Shown in pieces: positions 10,327 to 20,954 of a stretch of 64,000 nucleotides of DNA. A program made the position numbers and the translations under genes. Source of the DNA: a candidate division FCPU426 bacterium (lineage in GTDB: Bacteria > Oederibacteriota > PGYV01 > Palsa-1178); NCBI GenBank assembly GCA_963840035.1, contig CAWIXE010000002.1, positions 1,312,001 to 1,376,000 on the forward strand, in the 5' to 3' direction. Below the pieces are notes generated by a model. It was not told the origin of the DNA, made no database searches, and saw only the letters and a program-made list of their open reading frames with translations. Position 1 is the stretch's first letter. Every line of letters starts with the position of its first letter.

Positions 10327-11432
10327 AGCTAAAAATTATATACCGCTACATAGTGGCTGAGATACTTAAGATATTTTTCGTTATAATGTGCGGCATTATG
10401 CTTTTTATCATGATATCAAACCTTATTGACGAAATACCGTCCATGCTGCGCTTCAAACCGTCCTTTATCCACCTCTTTAATTATTTTCTTTACAAGATGC
10501 CGTTTTTAGCGGCGGAATCGGCACCTTTTGCCATTCTGTTATCCATCCTGTATGTGTTTTCGCAGTTCAACAGGTATGGCGAATTAAACGCAATGAAATC
10601 CGCGGGAATTGATTTTTATTCGATTGTAAAACCCGTACTTGCCCTTTCTCTGGTAATCAGCGTTTCCGCCATGGCCTTAAACGAGACTGTCGTATCGCGG
10701 GCATCCGAAAAAGCCACTTATATTAAGGAAGTGCTTATAGAAAAAAGAAGCGGAGTGCCCACAGGCGAAGTCAGGATGGACCTTGCCAAACTCGCCTCAG
10801 GAGGCAGGGTGTTTTACATAAGGGTTTTTGACGGCCTTCTTGGCACCATGAAAGGCGTTTGTGTGCTCACCCTTGATAAAAACTTCAACCTTCTTGAACG
10901 GCTTGACGCCAAAGAAGGCAACTGGAAGGATAATAAATGGGTTTTAAAAGACATAACAGTCCGCACCTTCGCTGCGGGAATGGCAAAAGAGCAGAAACAG
11001 CTCAAGGAATTCATCCTCGACACCAAGGACACTCCGGCTGATTTTACGGTAAGAAAAAAATCCGCCGACGATATTTTGACCGTAAACATTGTCCGCCTGA
11101 ACAAGCTGATACGGCTTTTAAAAGACAGCGGTTTTGATTATAAGGAAGAGGAAACAAATCTGCATTTAAAGATAGCCTTCCCCTTTGCCAGCTTCATACT
11201 TGCGCTTTTAGGCGTGTCTTTGCCATTTCTTTTCACAACCACCAGGTCGCTTGTAAACGCGGCGCTTGGCTTCCTCTCAACCGTAGTCGTTTCTTTCTTC
11301 TATATGGGGTTCGTCACCATAGGCCTCTCCCTGGGAAAAGTTGGAGTTATGCCGCCAATGCTTGCCGCATGGGCCGCAAACATCATATTCGCGGCTGTCG
11401 GCTTTGCGATATTGTGGAAGATACGGAGATAA
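10323..11432 (+). CDS. lptG: LPS export permease LptG
   Basis: Start moved to ATG 10323 (ATGA overlap with lptF); GELNAMKSAGI, KIAFPF, AAWAAN. Confidence 0.85.
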   Translation: MKLKIIYRYIVAEILKIFFVIMCGIMLFIMISNLIDEIPSMLRFKPSFIHLFNYFLYKMPFLAAESAPFAILLSILYVFSQFNRYGELNAMKSAGIDFYSIVKPVLALSLVISVSAMALNETVVSRASEKATYIKEVLIEKRSGVPTGEVRMDLAKLASGGRVFYIRVFDGLLGTMKGVCVLTLDKNFNLLERLDAKEGNWKDNKWVLKDITVRTFAAGMAKEQKQLKEFILDTKDTPADFTVRKKSADDILTVNIVRLNKLIRLLKDSGFDYKEEETNLHLKIAFPFASFILALLGVSLPFLFTTTRSLVNAALGFLSTVVVSFFYMGFVTIGLSLGKVGVMPPMLAAWAANIIFAAVGFAILWKIRR

Positions 11433-11525
11433 GACCAATTTTCTATTTTCAATTTTGAATTTTCAATTAAAACCAGCAGGACACACTATTTGCACAATTA
11501 AAAATTGAAAATCTAAAATTGAAAA

Positions 11526-12743
11526 TCATCTTTTCTTAAGGTAACTCATCGGGTTTACAGGCGTGCCTTTCTTTCTTAATTCAAAATACAGTTCATCCCC
11601 GTAGAACGACTCGGTATCGCCAACTTTTCCTATCTGCTGCCTTATGGCCACTTTCTGGCCCTTGTTAACATCAATGTCGGATAAGTGGCCGTAAATTGAA
11701 AAATAGCCGCCGCCATGATAAACGATAACCATTTTTCCGTAACCCTCGAACCAATCGGCGTATTTTATTATTCCGCCGAATATCGAATATACCGGAGCCG
11801 CGTATTTTTCCTTTATATGTATGCCCCGGTTCTCCACAATCGTTTTAAACTGGGGGTGCTTGTATTTTCCGAAACCCGCCAGGATATATCCGGCGTCTAC
11901 AGGCCACGGGAACCTGCCCCTGCTGGATTCAAACGCCCTGGCCGCGTCCTTGTCGGAGAGCTCCGCGGTGGCCTCCATGCCGTCGATGAACTTTGTCAGC
12001 TTCCTGGCGTTGGTTTCAAGTTCCGAGAGCATGCGGCTTCTTTGCTTTATATTTGATTTTATGGATTTTAAAAGGGTGTTCTTCTCGCGTTTCTCGTTAT
12101 TGTACCTTTTCCACTCGCTTTCCTTCTCCTGCTTTACGCTTACCAGCTCGCCTTTATAGTCATCAAGGGCCTGCCTGTCCTCGGATAATTTTTCAATCAG
12201 GCGCCTGTATTGTTCTATCTGCTCCGCGTTCTTGCCGCTTAATATCTTGACAAACTTATACCTTCTGACAAAATCGGAAATATTGCCGGAATTCAGGAGA
12301 AATTTCAGGTACATAGTATCCTTGCGCTCGTACTGCTTGCGCAGGATATTCATGACAGCCTGCCTTTTCTCCTCCTTGAGTTTTTCCGCTTCGGCAATCC
12401 TGGAGTTTAAATCCTTCATGCCGGACTCAAGCACGCTGATATTATTGTTGAAAACATTGAGTTCCTTGCGGGTTATATCTATGGCCCTGTCAAGTTTTTG
12501 GATGTTTTTAGAAGTGACTTTTTCCTTATATTTTTCTTTGACCAGCGTTTCCCTCTGCTTTTTAATCTGATCCCTTATTGAACTCAGCTCTTTTTTTGTC
12601 TTGTCCAGATGTTCCCTGTAATCCCGTATTTCCTCTTTTATCACAGGATCCGCGGCTAATAATAATGACGGTACAACGATCAGGGTGAGGATGAGGAAAA
12701 TGAAATACCTGCGGTAATCATGCCTGCTGGCGTGATCGCCCAT
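11526..12743 (-). CDS. envC: Murein hydrolase activator EnvC (coiled coil + M23)
   Basis: Follows ftsX with TGATG overlap; long coiled coil; WPV...GYG...YGHLS...LYFELR. Confidence 0.85.
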   Translation of the reverse strand: MGDHASRHDYRRYFIFLILTLIVVPSLLLAADPVIKEEIRDYREHLDKTKKELSSIRDQIKKQRETLVKEKYKEKVTSKNIQKLDRAIDITRKELNVFNNNISVLESGMKDLNSRIAEAEKLKEEKRQAVMNILRKQYERKDTMYLKFLLNSGNISDFVRRYKFVKILSGKNAEQIEQYRRLIEKLSEDRQALDDYKGELVSVKQEKESEWKRYNNEKREKNTLLKSIKSNIKQRSRMLSELETNARKLTKFIDGMEATAELSDKDAARAFESSRGRFPWPVDAGYILAGFGKYKHPQFKTIVENRGIHIKEKYAAPVYSIFGGIIKYADWFEGYGKMVIVYHGGGYFSIYGHLSDIDVNKGQKVAIRQQIGKVGDTESFYGDELYFELRKKGTPVNPMSYLKKR

Positions 12744-13621
12744 CAGCGGAACAGCCTGCCCTGCGAGAGTATGGCTCCTGTGAACCCGAGGCCGGTGCCG
12801 GCAAGTACCAGGTACGACATGAACCTTATATTGAAATATTCGGGTGAAAACAGGTAAAATGACGCGAGGTCTATTCCTGTCTGTTTCCTTATCTCGGTGA
12901 TTAGTATCGTAATGACCGCGTACATAAGCCCCCATCCTATCAATCCGCCCACAAGGCCGTGCACGATGCCTTCCACAATAAACGGCATCCTGATGAATGA
13001 CTGCGAGGCCCCGACCATTTTAAAAACGTATATATCCTGCCTGCGCGCGTATATGGTAAGCTTTATTATATTTGATACCACAAGAAGCGCGGATATAAGA
13101 AACACTATGCCCGCGACGCCCATGATAATCTTAACCACATTCATGATATTTATCAGGTTCTCAATCTCCCCGCCGCCGTATTGTATCTCTTCAACGCCTT
13201 CCTTCGCGTCAAAGAATCTGACTATCCTGTTTATGTTGTCCTTGGTAAATTCCTTAAGTTTCACAACTACAGAATCAGGCAGGGGATTTCCTTCAAAACC
13301 TTTCATTATCTGCTGCATGTCGGCGTCCTGCATGAATTCCTGATATGCCTGGTCCTTGGAGACAAAAGCGGCAGTCTCTACGCCCTGCATTGCCTTCGCG
13401 TCATTGATGATCGTATCCACCGTAGCCGCGTCGAGGTTTTCCTTAAGGAATACAACTATCTCAACTTTCTGCTGTATTTTTGCAATCGTATAATTAAGCC
13501 CTTCGTTGACAATAAAATACCCGCCCAGGGTCACAACGGCCAGGATTATAGTGCCTATGGATATAAGGCTCATAAAGCCGCTTCTTTTGAAGTTAAGGAA
13601 GACTTCTTTAAACAACCGCAT
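12743..13621 (-). CDS. ftsX: Cell division permease FtsX
   Basis: NPLPDS, IIKLTIYARRQDI, VGASQSFIRMPFIVEG. Confidence 0.9.
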   Translation of the reverse strand: MRLFKEVFLNFKRSGFMSLISIGTIILAVVTLGGYFIVNEGLNYTIAKIQQKVEIVVFLKENLDAATVDTIINDAKAMQGVETAAFVSKDQAYQEFMQDADMQQIMKGFEGNPLPDSVVVKLKEFTKDNINRIVRFFDAKEGVEEIQYGGGEIENLINIMNVVKIIMGVAGIVFLISALLVVSNIIKLTIYARRQDIYVFKMVGASQSFIRMPFIVEGIVHGLVGGLIGWGLMYAVITILITEIRKQTGIDLASFYLFSPEYFNIRFMSYLVLAGTGLGFTGAILSQGRLFR

Positions 13622-14273
13622 CAGAAGCCACCCTTCCCTTCTCAAGCCTGATCACGCGCTTTGCCATCTTTGCCACAATTTCCTTGTTATGTGAAGCCAT
13701 GATAACAGTGGTGCCTCTCTTATTGAGGTCCTCAAATGTATTCATTATCTGCCAGGAGCTTTCATCATCAAGGTTGCCGGTGGGTTCATCAGCCAGTATG
13801 ACCGGAGGGTTTAATATCATTGCGCGGGCTATTGCAACCTTTTGTTTTTCACCGCCGGATAAATGCCAAGGGTTCAATTTTGCCCTGTCTTCAAGGCCGA
13901 TCTTTTTGAGGCTTTCGGCAACGGCACGTTTTACGTATTCGTCGGAGGCCCCGCTTATGACAAGCGGCAGCCCGACATTCTCGGCTATGGTCCTGTCAAA
14001 AAGGAGCTTAAAATCCTGGAACACGAACCCGATCCTGCGGCGGTAATATGGTATTTTCCCCGATGACAGATGGGCCACATCGGTATTGTCAACGAGTATG
14101 GACCCCATGTCGCAGGTGTCTTCGCGGTATAAAAGGTTAAATAAAGTGGTTTTGCCCGCGCCCGAAGGGCCGGTTATGAATACGAACTCGCCTTTTTCCA
14201 CGGTAAAGGATACGTCTTCCAGCGCCTTAATATCCCTCTCGTAGACTTTGTAAACGTGGTTGAATTTTATCAT
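13608..14273 (-). CDS. ftsE: Cell division ATPase FtsE
   Basis: GPSGAGKTT, VFQDFKLL, LSGGE, ADEPTGNLD. Confidence 0.92.
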   Translation of the reverse strand: MIKFNHVYKVYERDIKALEDVSFTVEKGEFVFITGPSGAGKTTLFNLLYREDTCDMGSILVDNTDVAHLSSGKIPYYRRRIGFVFQDFKLLFDRTIAENVGLPLVISGASDEYVKRAVAESLKKIGLEDRAKLNPWHLSGGEKQKVAIARAMILNPPVILADEPTGNLDDESSWQIMNTFEDLNKRGTTVIMASHNKEIVAKMAKRVIRLEKGRVASDAVV

Positions 14274-14358
14274 AAATTCGGATTTTCAATTTTAAATTTT
14301 CCATTTTCAATTTAAAGCGACTGTTGTTAATTGAAAATTCATAATCGAAAATTTAAAA

Positions 14359-15765
14359 TTAAAGCTCAACCTCCTCACCCGGTGCAGGGTTTGATACGTT
14401 CTTTAAGCCTATATGCGCTAAGGCGGCCATCAATTCCTCCTGCTGTCCTTCTTCGCCGTGGACCAGGAATACCTTTTTAAGCCTGCCTTCGCTCATGACA
14501 TCGGTGGCTTTTATGAATTTCATGAGTTCCTTCTGGCCTGCATGGCCGGAGAACTCATTTATGATCTTTACCTGGGCGTTAACAGCGTATGAATCGCCGA
14601 ATATCTTTATCTGCTTGTCGCCTTCCATTATCCTTCTTCCAAGGGTATTTACAGTCTGATAACCTACAATCAGCACCGTACAGCGCGGGTCGCCTATGTG
14701 GTTTTTCAGGTGGTGAAGGATCCTGCCCGCTTCGCACATTCCCTGTGCTGAGAGTATAATGCATGGTTTTTCATAATTATTTATAGCCTTGGATTCGTCG
14801 ACCGATTCCGTAAACCTCACAAGTTCAAGGTGAAACGGGTCATTGTTGTCTGCGATAAATTCAAGCATGGCGCTGTCAAAACATTCGGAATGGTTCTTAA
14901 AAACCTCGGTAACGTTGGTTGTCAGCGGCGAATCGACGAATACGGGCATGGGAGGTATTTTTTTATCGACGAAAAGCTTGTTCAGGACATAAAGGACTTC
15001 CTGCGCGCGCTCAACCGCGAATACCGGGATAATTATCTTACCACCCCTGTTATATGTCTCATTTACGACATTCGCCAGTTTTTGGTATGCCGCGCCCACC
15101 GGCTTATGGTCCCTGCCTCCGTATGTTGACTCCACTACCAGGTAATCGACATCCTTTATCTGGTCCGGATCGGTCAGTATCGGCAAACTCTTCCTGCCAA
15201 GGTCCCCGGTAAAACCTATCTTTATTTCACGGTCTTTATCCATCACCTTAACTATAACCATTGTCGAACCGAGTATGTGCCCGGCATTGATAAACCACAT
15301 ATCCATATCTTCCCTAAGCTGTATGTTCTCACCGAGATTTTTGGGGACAAACTGTTTTAAGGAGTCTTCAGCCTGCTCCACAGTATACAGAGGCTCAAAA
15401 AGTTTTTTGCCCTGCTTGAGCCTTTTTTTATTTACGTACTCAAGGTCCTTTAACTGGACAAAAGCCGAATCCGGGAGCATGAGCTTGCACAAATCCCTCG
15501 TGGCGTATGATGAGTATATAGAGCCTTTATAACCCTGTGCCGTGAGCGTGGGTATATTTCCGCTGTGGTCAATGTGCGCGTGCGTTAAGGCCACAGCGTT
15601 AATCTCAAGAGGATTGAGCGGAAAATGGCGGTTTCTCTCGTATGACTCTTTCCTTTTTCCCTGTATCATGCCGCAGTCAACAAGCAGCCTGAAACCGTCC
15701 TTTTCCAGGACATGCATTGATCCGGTGACTTCCCTTGCCGCGCCTAAAAACCTCAGTTTAACCAA
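14359..15765 (-). CDS. MBL-fold beta-CASP ribonuclease
   Basis: GAAREVTGS, THAHIDHSG, AGHILGS, ESTYG, FSGHA, VHGE. Confidence 0.9.
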   Translation of the reverse strand: MVKLRFLGAAREVTGSMHVLEKDGFRLLVDCGMIQGKRKESYERNRHFPLNPLEINAVALTHAHIDHSGNIPTLTAQGYKGSIYSSYATRDLCKLMLPDSAFVQLKDLEYVNKKRLKQGKKLFEPLYTVEQAEDSLKQFVPKNLGENIQLREDMDMWFINAGHILGSTMVIVKVMDKDREIKIGFTGDLGRKSLPILTDPDQIKDVDYLVVESTYGGRDHKPVGAAYQKLANVVNETYNRGGKIIIPVFAVERAQEVLYVLNKLFVDKKIPPMPVFVDSPLTTNVTEVFKNHSECFDSAMLEFIADNNDPFHLELVRFTESVDESKAINNYEKPCIILSAQGMCEAGRILHHLKNHIGDPRCTVLIVGYQTVNTLGRRIMEGDKQIKIFGDSYAVNAQVKIINEFSGHAGQKELMKFIKATDVMSEGRLKKVFLVHGEEGQQEELMAALAHIGLKNVSNPAPGEEVEL

Positions 15766-15775
15766 GAAATCACCC

Positions 15776-16750
15776 CTATAGTGAGAATATTTTATTCATA
15801 TTGTAGGCGTATGCGTCTATCTTTCTTTCCTTGCCGATGACGTCCTTCATGTCATGGCAGACCAAACCGCCGTATTGCATGCCAACCATCCGGCTCTGCC
15901 CTTTTTTAAGTTTTATAAGTTCCTTTACAGCAGAATAACCGAAGGTAAGCCCCAGTTTTCTGGATACCGCAGTCGGCGTCCCGCCCCTCTGTATATAGCC
16001 AAGAACGGTATACCTTGTTTCCATGCCCGTGGCCTTTTCAATTTTTTTGGCGAACTCGGATGAAAGCCCCACGCCTTCAGCCATAACTATTATGCAGCTG
16101 TTTTTGCCCCTTGCGATGCCATGATTGAGCGTTTTCGTGATACTCTTCATCGTAATGTCTTTTTTAAATTCAGGTATAAGAATCAGCTCCGCGCCGCCGG
16201 TCAAACCCACTTCAAGAGCCAGAAAGCCATGCTCCCTGCCCATGACTTCAACTATAAAAATACGCTCATGCGAAGCTGCCGTATCCCTGATCTTGTCTAT
16301 GGCATCAAGGCCGACATTTATCGCCGTGTCAAAACCTATTGTGTAATCAGTCCCATAAACATCATTGTCAATAGACGCCGGTATGAATGCCGAAGGTATC
16401 CCTGTTTCTTTTGTAATTGTATATAACCCAACCCGGGACCCGTCCCCGCCTATCGAGATAAGGCCGTCTATACCCCTGTCTTTCAGGTAGTCATACGCGA
16501 TCATCCTGACCTGTTTTTTATGGAAATCCTTTGACCTTACTGTCTGGAGTATTGTTCCTCCCCTGTTTATGATTCCTCCGACGCTCTTTAAATCCATGGG
16601 TATAAACTGGTTATGCAGCAGCCCGTGAAGGCCCTCTTCTATTCCGAATACTTCCAGGCCGTTTCCAATGGCAGTTCTGACGACCGCCCTGATGGCCGCG
16701 TTCATGCCGCAGGCATCGCCTCCGGTAGTCATTACAGCTATGCGTTTCAT
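15776..16750 (-). CDS. pfkA: ATP-dependent 6-phosphofructokinase
   Basis: TGGDACGMNA, GGDGS, SIDND, VEVMGR, LGYIQRGG. Confidence 0.92.
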   Translation of the reverse strand: MKRIAVMTTGGDACGMNAAIRAVVRTAIGNGLEVFGIEEGLHGLLHNQFIPMDLKSVGGIINRGGTILQTVRSKDFHKKQVRMIAYDYLKDRGIDGLISIGGDGSRVGLYTITKETGIPSAFIPASIDNDVYGTDYTIGFDTAINVGLDAIDKIRDTAASHERIFIVEVMGREHGFLALEVGLTGGAELILIPEFKKDITMKSITKTLNHGIARGKNSCIIVMAEGVGLSSEFAKKIEKATGMETRYTVLGYIQRGGTPTAVSRKLGLTFGYSAVKELIKLKKGQSRMVGMQYGGLVCHDMKDVIGKERKIDAYAYNMNKIFSL

Positions 16751-16920
16751 AAAATCTCCTTTCATATTTAAACAAAATTACCCCGTAAGGACGGGGTTAA
16801 CCCCGTCTCCACGCAGGCATTAAATTAATTTACAGGCAGAAATATTGCGTCATCTTATTGGACTTGCAAAAGGGGTTATTCAATTACAAATTAATATCGA
16901 CAATTGTCAATTGACAATTC

Positions 16921-17505
16921 CTAAATAGTCAAATGCTTGTTCTTTATCCACTTCCATATTTTTACCCGGAGCTGCTCGTCGTCCCTGGTCTCCCAGTACG
17001 ACGACGTATCCATGACTTCCAGGTCCTTGACATACCTTTTCTTGACATAATCAAGGAGTTTAACCACCTGGACGTGGTGCTCAAAATCCGCCGTTATGGT
17101 CTTAACAAAGGGGAAATACATGAATTCGTATTTTTTAACGCTGATTTTTTTAGTAAGGCCGGGCGCGTTGCTTGAGGTAAATATTATTGTGGAAAGCCTG
17201 CCGTTCCTGTCAAAAGTAAGTTTTACCGGTTCTTTATCCGGGGAAGGCTTGATTATGACTCCTTCAAGGTATACTTCGGAGCTGGAAAGCGCGAGGATTC
17301 CTTCTTCATCAGCCGACCCTTCGGTTCCATCGCCCGCAGCCGCTGTATCCGCCGTGATGTGCGTCCTTGCTGTCATTGACTGGAAATTTTCCTTTACAAT
17401 CTCATAACCCCAGCCGTTTATCCTGCAGATGTCGACAAACTCCTCAACAAGCTGGCTGATGGATTCTTTTCCCGCTATGGTCCCGTTATATTTTATATAT
17501 ATCAT
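16921..17505 (-). CDS. Hypothetical protein
   Basis: 194 aa ORF, co-oriented at the end of the TonB operon. Confidence 0.6.
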   Translation of the reverse strand: MIYIKYNGTIAGKESISQLVEEFVDICRINGWGYEIVKENFQSMTARTHITADTAAAGDGTEGSADEEGILALSSSEVYLEGVIIKPSPDKEPVKLTFDRNGRLSTIIFTSSNAPGLTKKISVKKYEFMYFPFVKTITADFEHHVQVVKLLDYVKKRYVKDLEVMDTSSYWETRDDEQLRVKIWKWIKNKHLTI

Positions 17506-17527
17506 TTTTCGCCTTTTTTTAGCTGAA

Positions 17528-18442
17528 TCAGCCGTTTATAATAAATACTATCCTGTAATTTTTCGGAAGGCTGTTGTCTATAAGCGCGTCCATCTTAAAA
17601 AATTCCTTCGGCACCTTAAGGTCGGCTTCAAAATACTTCTGGAACGTCCTTATCTGGTCCGCGGATATGCCCGCGTCCTCCGAGAATACCTGAATATTGA
17701 CCGGGAACCTGTTGTTCATTTTCATGAAGTCCTCTATCTCCTGCAGTATGGCCTTACCCGCGTCGGTAAGCCTTTCCTTTCTCTTCTCTTCAAACATGGA
17801 CTTGGATGAAACCTCTATTACCAGTTTACCGTCCCTGCGGTACTTTATGCCGTTTACTTCCTTGGGGGTTTCCCTGCGGACATTGCCGATATTTCCGGCT
17901 TTATCCTGATATGAAAGCAGGTACCAGTACGGCGACCCCATCTTAAGCATGCGGCCTTCCTTATCAAGCCCGTCCCACTTTATCTCCTGCGGCAGGTTCC
18001 CGTCGCCTTTCTGAAAATATACGGTTCCTCCCGTGGAATCTGTCACTTTAAAGGTCCATTTGTCCAGGTTAAAACCCGCCGGCATCTTGGGTGATATCTT
18101 AAACACAGGCGGTGATTCAAGAAAGCTCAAAGCAGGGTGATAATCAACCCTTTTTTCCGACATTGTATCCGGAAGGCTGGCCTTAACATCCTTTACATCT
18201 TCCGGTGAAATATTAAGAAAGGTTTCTTCTGTTGAAATTATACTCTGCGCTACTTCGTTCGCGTCTGTCTGTATTTCAATCTCGGGTTTTTCAGTCTCAA
18301 TTTTAATCTTAAGCTGGCCTTTTACCACGACTTCCTGTGAGGAGTCGCCCTGTCCCGCGGCAGGCTTATCCTCGCAAAATACCGCAGTTGTAAAAACAAA
18401 TAGAGATGCCGCTACCGCAGCCGAAATCAAATACTTTTTCAT
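17528..18442 (-). CDS. Exported protein with FlgD-Ig-like domain, possibly a degenerate OmpA-like C-terminus
   Basis: Signal peptide; WTFKVTD...IKWDGLDKEG...YQDKAGN. Confidence 0.65.
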   Translation of the reverse strand: MKKYLISAAVAASLFVFTTAVFCEDKPAAGQGDSSQEVVVKGQLKIKIETEKPEIEIQTDANEVAQSIISTEETFLNISPEDVKDVKASLPDTMSEKRVDYHPALSFLESPPVFKISPKMPAGFNLDKWTFKVTDSTGGTVYFQKGDGNLPQEIKWDGLDKEGRMLKMGSPYWYLLSYQDKAGNIGNVRRETPKEVNGIKYRRDGKLVIEVSSKSMFEEKRKERLTDAGKAILQEIEDFMKMNNRFPVNIQVFSEDAGISADQIRTFQKYFEADLKVPKEFFKMDALIDNSLPKNYRIVFIING

Positions 18443-18448
18443 ATTACA

Positions 18449-19399
18449 TCACCTCGAAAGTTTATAAACAAATATAGCCGTTCCGGACTGGTCCTCTGAA
18501 CTCGATAATGGCGCGAACATGAACTGTACCAGCGCCTCTTTTGCCAGGTCATCAAGTTCCGGATACCCGGATGTTTTTTCTATATAAAGATTATCCTTAA
18601 CCGAACCGTCGGACCTTACGGTAAATGCCACGGCAACCTGGGCTTCTATGCCCTGTTCCTCGGCCCAGCGCGGATATATGGGCGAGGTCTTTCGCAGGAT
18701 CTGCCTGCCTGAAAGCTGGCCTGTAATAAGCAGGGCTGTGCCTTTTTCCTTTTTAATAACTATGTTTTCCTCAGCCTGCCTTTTAGGTTCCGGCGTCGGT
18801 TTTTCCAGCTTTGGGGCCATGGTCTTTAATCCGCTTCCGCCTTTTGCCATGGCGTCAGCGGATATGGCCGGCCTGTTTACAGGAAGGAAGCTGTTTGTCT
18901 TCGGCGCGTTAGCTGAAAGGTTTAACTTTGAAGGCCCCGCCGCCAGTTTCTTTTCATTATCAAGGGCCAGTTTCTGCTGTTCTATCATAGCCGGCGATAT
19001 CTTTTTCTTGCCTATTTCATTGTCAAGGTCCAGCGTTTTCATGTTTGGCTTTAAGGCGTCAAGCTTTGTCTTGTCAAGCGACAGGGCCTGGGGTTTTTTC
19101 AGGTCCATCTCCGGCTTTTTAAGGTCAAGCGCTTTGGGCTTGGCAAGTTCCAGCTGCTGGTTCTGCTTGATGGGTATAAGCTGCTTGAACATATCAAACA
19201 TTTTTTTCGGTTTTTCAAGTTCCATCGGCTTTTGCTCGTCCGGGATCTCCTCAAGCATGGTTATCTCGGTTAACTTGTAATCCTCCATCTTCTGCTTGTG
19301 CTGATAGCTTAAGAAAAGGAGGAATATGGCAACTTCGATGGTTATTGCGAAAAGGAACGAACCTGTTAACCCTTTTCTGTCAAAATCGCTTGCGAACAT
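18449..19399 (-). CDS. TonB-family energy transducer
   Basis: N-terminal TM, Lys/Pro-rich spacer, PIYPRWAEEQGIEA...SGYPELD C-terminal domain. Confidence 0.85.
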   Translation of the reverse strand: MFASDFDRKGLTGSFLFAITIEVAIFLLFLSYQHKQKMEDYKLTEITMLEEIPDEQKPMELEKPKKMFDMFKQLIPIKQNQQLELAKPKALDLKKPEMDLKKPQALSLDKTKLDALKPNMKTLDLDNEIGKKKISPAMIEQQKLALDNEKKLAAGPSKLNLSANAPKTNSFLPVNRPAISADAMAKGGSGLKTMAPKLEKPTPEPKRQAEENIVIKKEKGTALLITGQLSGRQILRKTSPIYPRWAEEQGIEAQVAVAFTVRSDGSVKDNLYIEKTSGYPELDDLAKEALVQFMFAPLSSSEDQSGTAIFVYKLSR

Positions 19400-19418
19400 A
19401 TTTTAGTCTCCTTTTTAT

Positions 19419-19844
19419 TTATTTCATATTCTTTTTTGTCATAGTGGCAAAATATATCTTTTTGGGTTTTGCCTTCTTAATAACGTCCATAGCGTCGAGG
19501 ACCACGCCTTCCTGCACTCCCTCGTCCGCCTTTATGATGACCACGTGTTCCTCGGTCTTGACCAATTTCGTGGCCACCCACTGCTGAAGTTCCTTGTCGT
19601 TGCTAACTTCCTTTTCATTAACGGACATCTTTCCGTCCTTATCTATGGTTACCGTAACATGCTCTTCGTTTTTCGTCTCGTCCGTCATAGCCTTGGGCAG
19701 CGTCACCTCAAGCTTTGACTGTGTCATAAACGGGGTTGTTACCATGAATATGATAACAAGCACCAGCGAAACGTCCACAAGCGGTGTTACATTAATGTCT
19801 GTTATCGGCTCGTCTTCCCCGCCGCCTCCGGCTTTCATTGACAT
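19419..19844 (-). CDS. ExbD/TolR family protein
   Basis: INVTPLVDVSLVLVIIFMVT, IKAD. Confidence 0.9.
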   Translation of the reverse strand: MSMKAGGGGEDEPITDINVTPLVDVSLVLVIIFMVTTPFMTQSKLEVTLPKAMTDETKNEEHVTVTIDKDGKMSVNEKEVSNDKELQQWVATKLVKTEEHVVIIKADEGVQEGVVLDAMDVIKKAKPKKIYFATMTKKNMK

Positions 19845-19862
19845 ATGGCCTTCCTCCTGATG

Positions 19863-20285
19863 TTATTCTTCAGCTTTTTGTACTTTATCCTGCCTCATGA
19901 TAGAAAGTGTCTTTGCTCCCGCCATTTTCGCGGTATCAAGGACCCAGACAAGCCTGCCGTGCGTGGCATCCCTGTCGGATGTTACCATGCAAAGCTTCTT
20001 TTTATTGGCGGCCATGGCCGACTTTAAAGCCTCAATCTCTGTCCCGGCCTGGACCTTTTTATTGTTTATAAAAAGGGCGTTCGCCGTTATCCTCACCTGT
20101 ACGGCTTCGTCTTTTGTCGACTTTCCGACAGACTCGGTTACCTTGGATGAGTTTACTATAATACCCGACTGCACGACCATCGGCGCCGTTACCATGAATA
20201 TGATAACCAGCACGAGCGATATGTCGACGAGCGGGGTGACGTTAATGTCTGTTATTGCTGATTCTTCATCCGCGCTTCCTGCCAC
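19863..20285 (-). CDS. ExbD/TolR family protein (second copy)
   Basis: Likely GTG start at 20285 after GGAGG; INVTPLVDISLVLVIIFMVT. Confidence 0.88.
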   Translation of the reverse strand: MAGSADEESAITDINVTPLVDISLVLVIIFMVTAPMVVQSGIIVNSSKVTESVGKSTKDEAVQVRITANALFINNKKVQAGTEIEALKSAMAANKKKLCMVTSDRDATHGRLVWVLDTAKMAGAKTLSIMRQDKVQKAEE

Positions 20286-20919
20286 TTGCGCCCTCCCCGT
20301 AATTTGCCAGAAGAACCAGCAGTTTTTTTGAAACCGCGTCCATCTCAACCGATATGGTCTTTACTTTTTTCATATATATATTAAAAATAATAACCGCCGG
20401 AATGGCGACCGCAAGGCCCGCAGCCGTGGCAATCAGGGCTTCCGCGATGCCGACCATGACAACTTCAGGGCCGCCGCCTGCTGACGACGCGAGGTCCTTA
20501 AACGCCTTGATGATACCCAGAACGGTTCCGAGCAGCCCGATGAACGGCGATGTGTTTCCGAGCGTTCCCAGGATGTCTAAGTACCTGTCCAGGTTAAGCC
20601 TTTCTTCCATCCTTTTGGCTTCCATTAACTTGTCATTTTCTTCCCTGGGGAACTGCCTGTTTTCCAGGCCGAAGCGCACCACTGCGGCCACGTTTCCCTT
20701 AAACGTCTTGCAGTATTCGACAGCCTCTTTGTAAGCTCCGTCAACTATGAAACCCTTTATTTTCTCCATGAAAGAATCAGAGTCGAGTTTTGTCTTCTGG
20801 AAATAGATCCACCTTTCGACCGATATTGCGACAACCACGACCGAGAGCAACAACATGAGAACTATAACCCAGCTGGACCTTAGGACTTGTAATACGTCAA
20901 TTGAATAAGCATTTTCCAT
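20266..20919 (-). CDS. ExbB/TolQ/MotA proton channel
   Basis: SPFIGLLGTVLG, GIAEALIATAAGLAVAIP. Confidence 0.92.
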   Translation of the reverse strand: MENAYSIDVLQVLRSSWVIVLMLLLSVVVVAISVERWIYFQKTKLDSDSFMEKIKGFIVDGAYKEAVEYCKTFKGNVAAVVRFGLENRQFPREENDKLMEAKRMEERLNLDRYLDILGTLGNTSPFIGLLGTVLGIIKAFKDLASSAGGGPEVVMVGIAEALIATAAGLAVAIPAVIIFNIYMKKVKTISVEMDAVSKKLLVLLANYGEGASGRKRG

Positions 20920-20954
20920 TCTGTAAGTTCCTCCTTCAAGTTTAGTATATTTTT

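Noticed and set aside
12744..12935. N-terminal extension of EnvC in the ORF track
   Set aside because: Overlaps ftsX; the TGATG-coupled start at 12743 fits better
18449..20919. Canonical Tol-Pal or nutrient-uptake Ton system
   Set aside because: No tolB/pal or TonB-dependent receptor adjacent; cannot be fully excluded from this window alone
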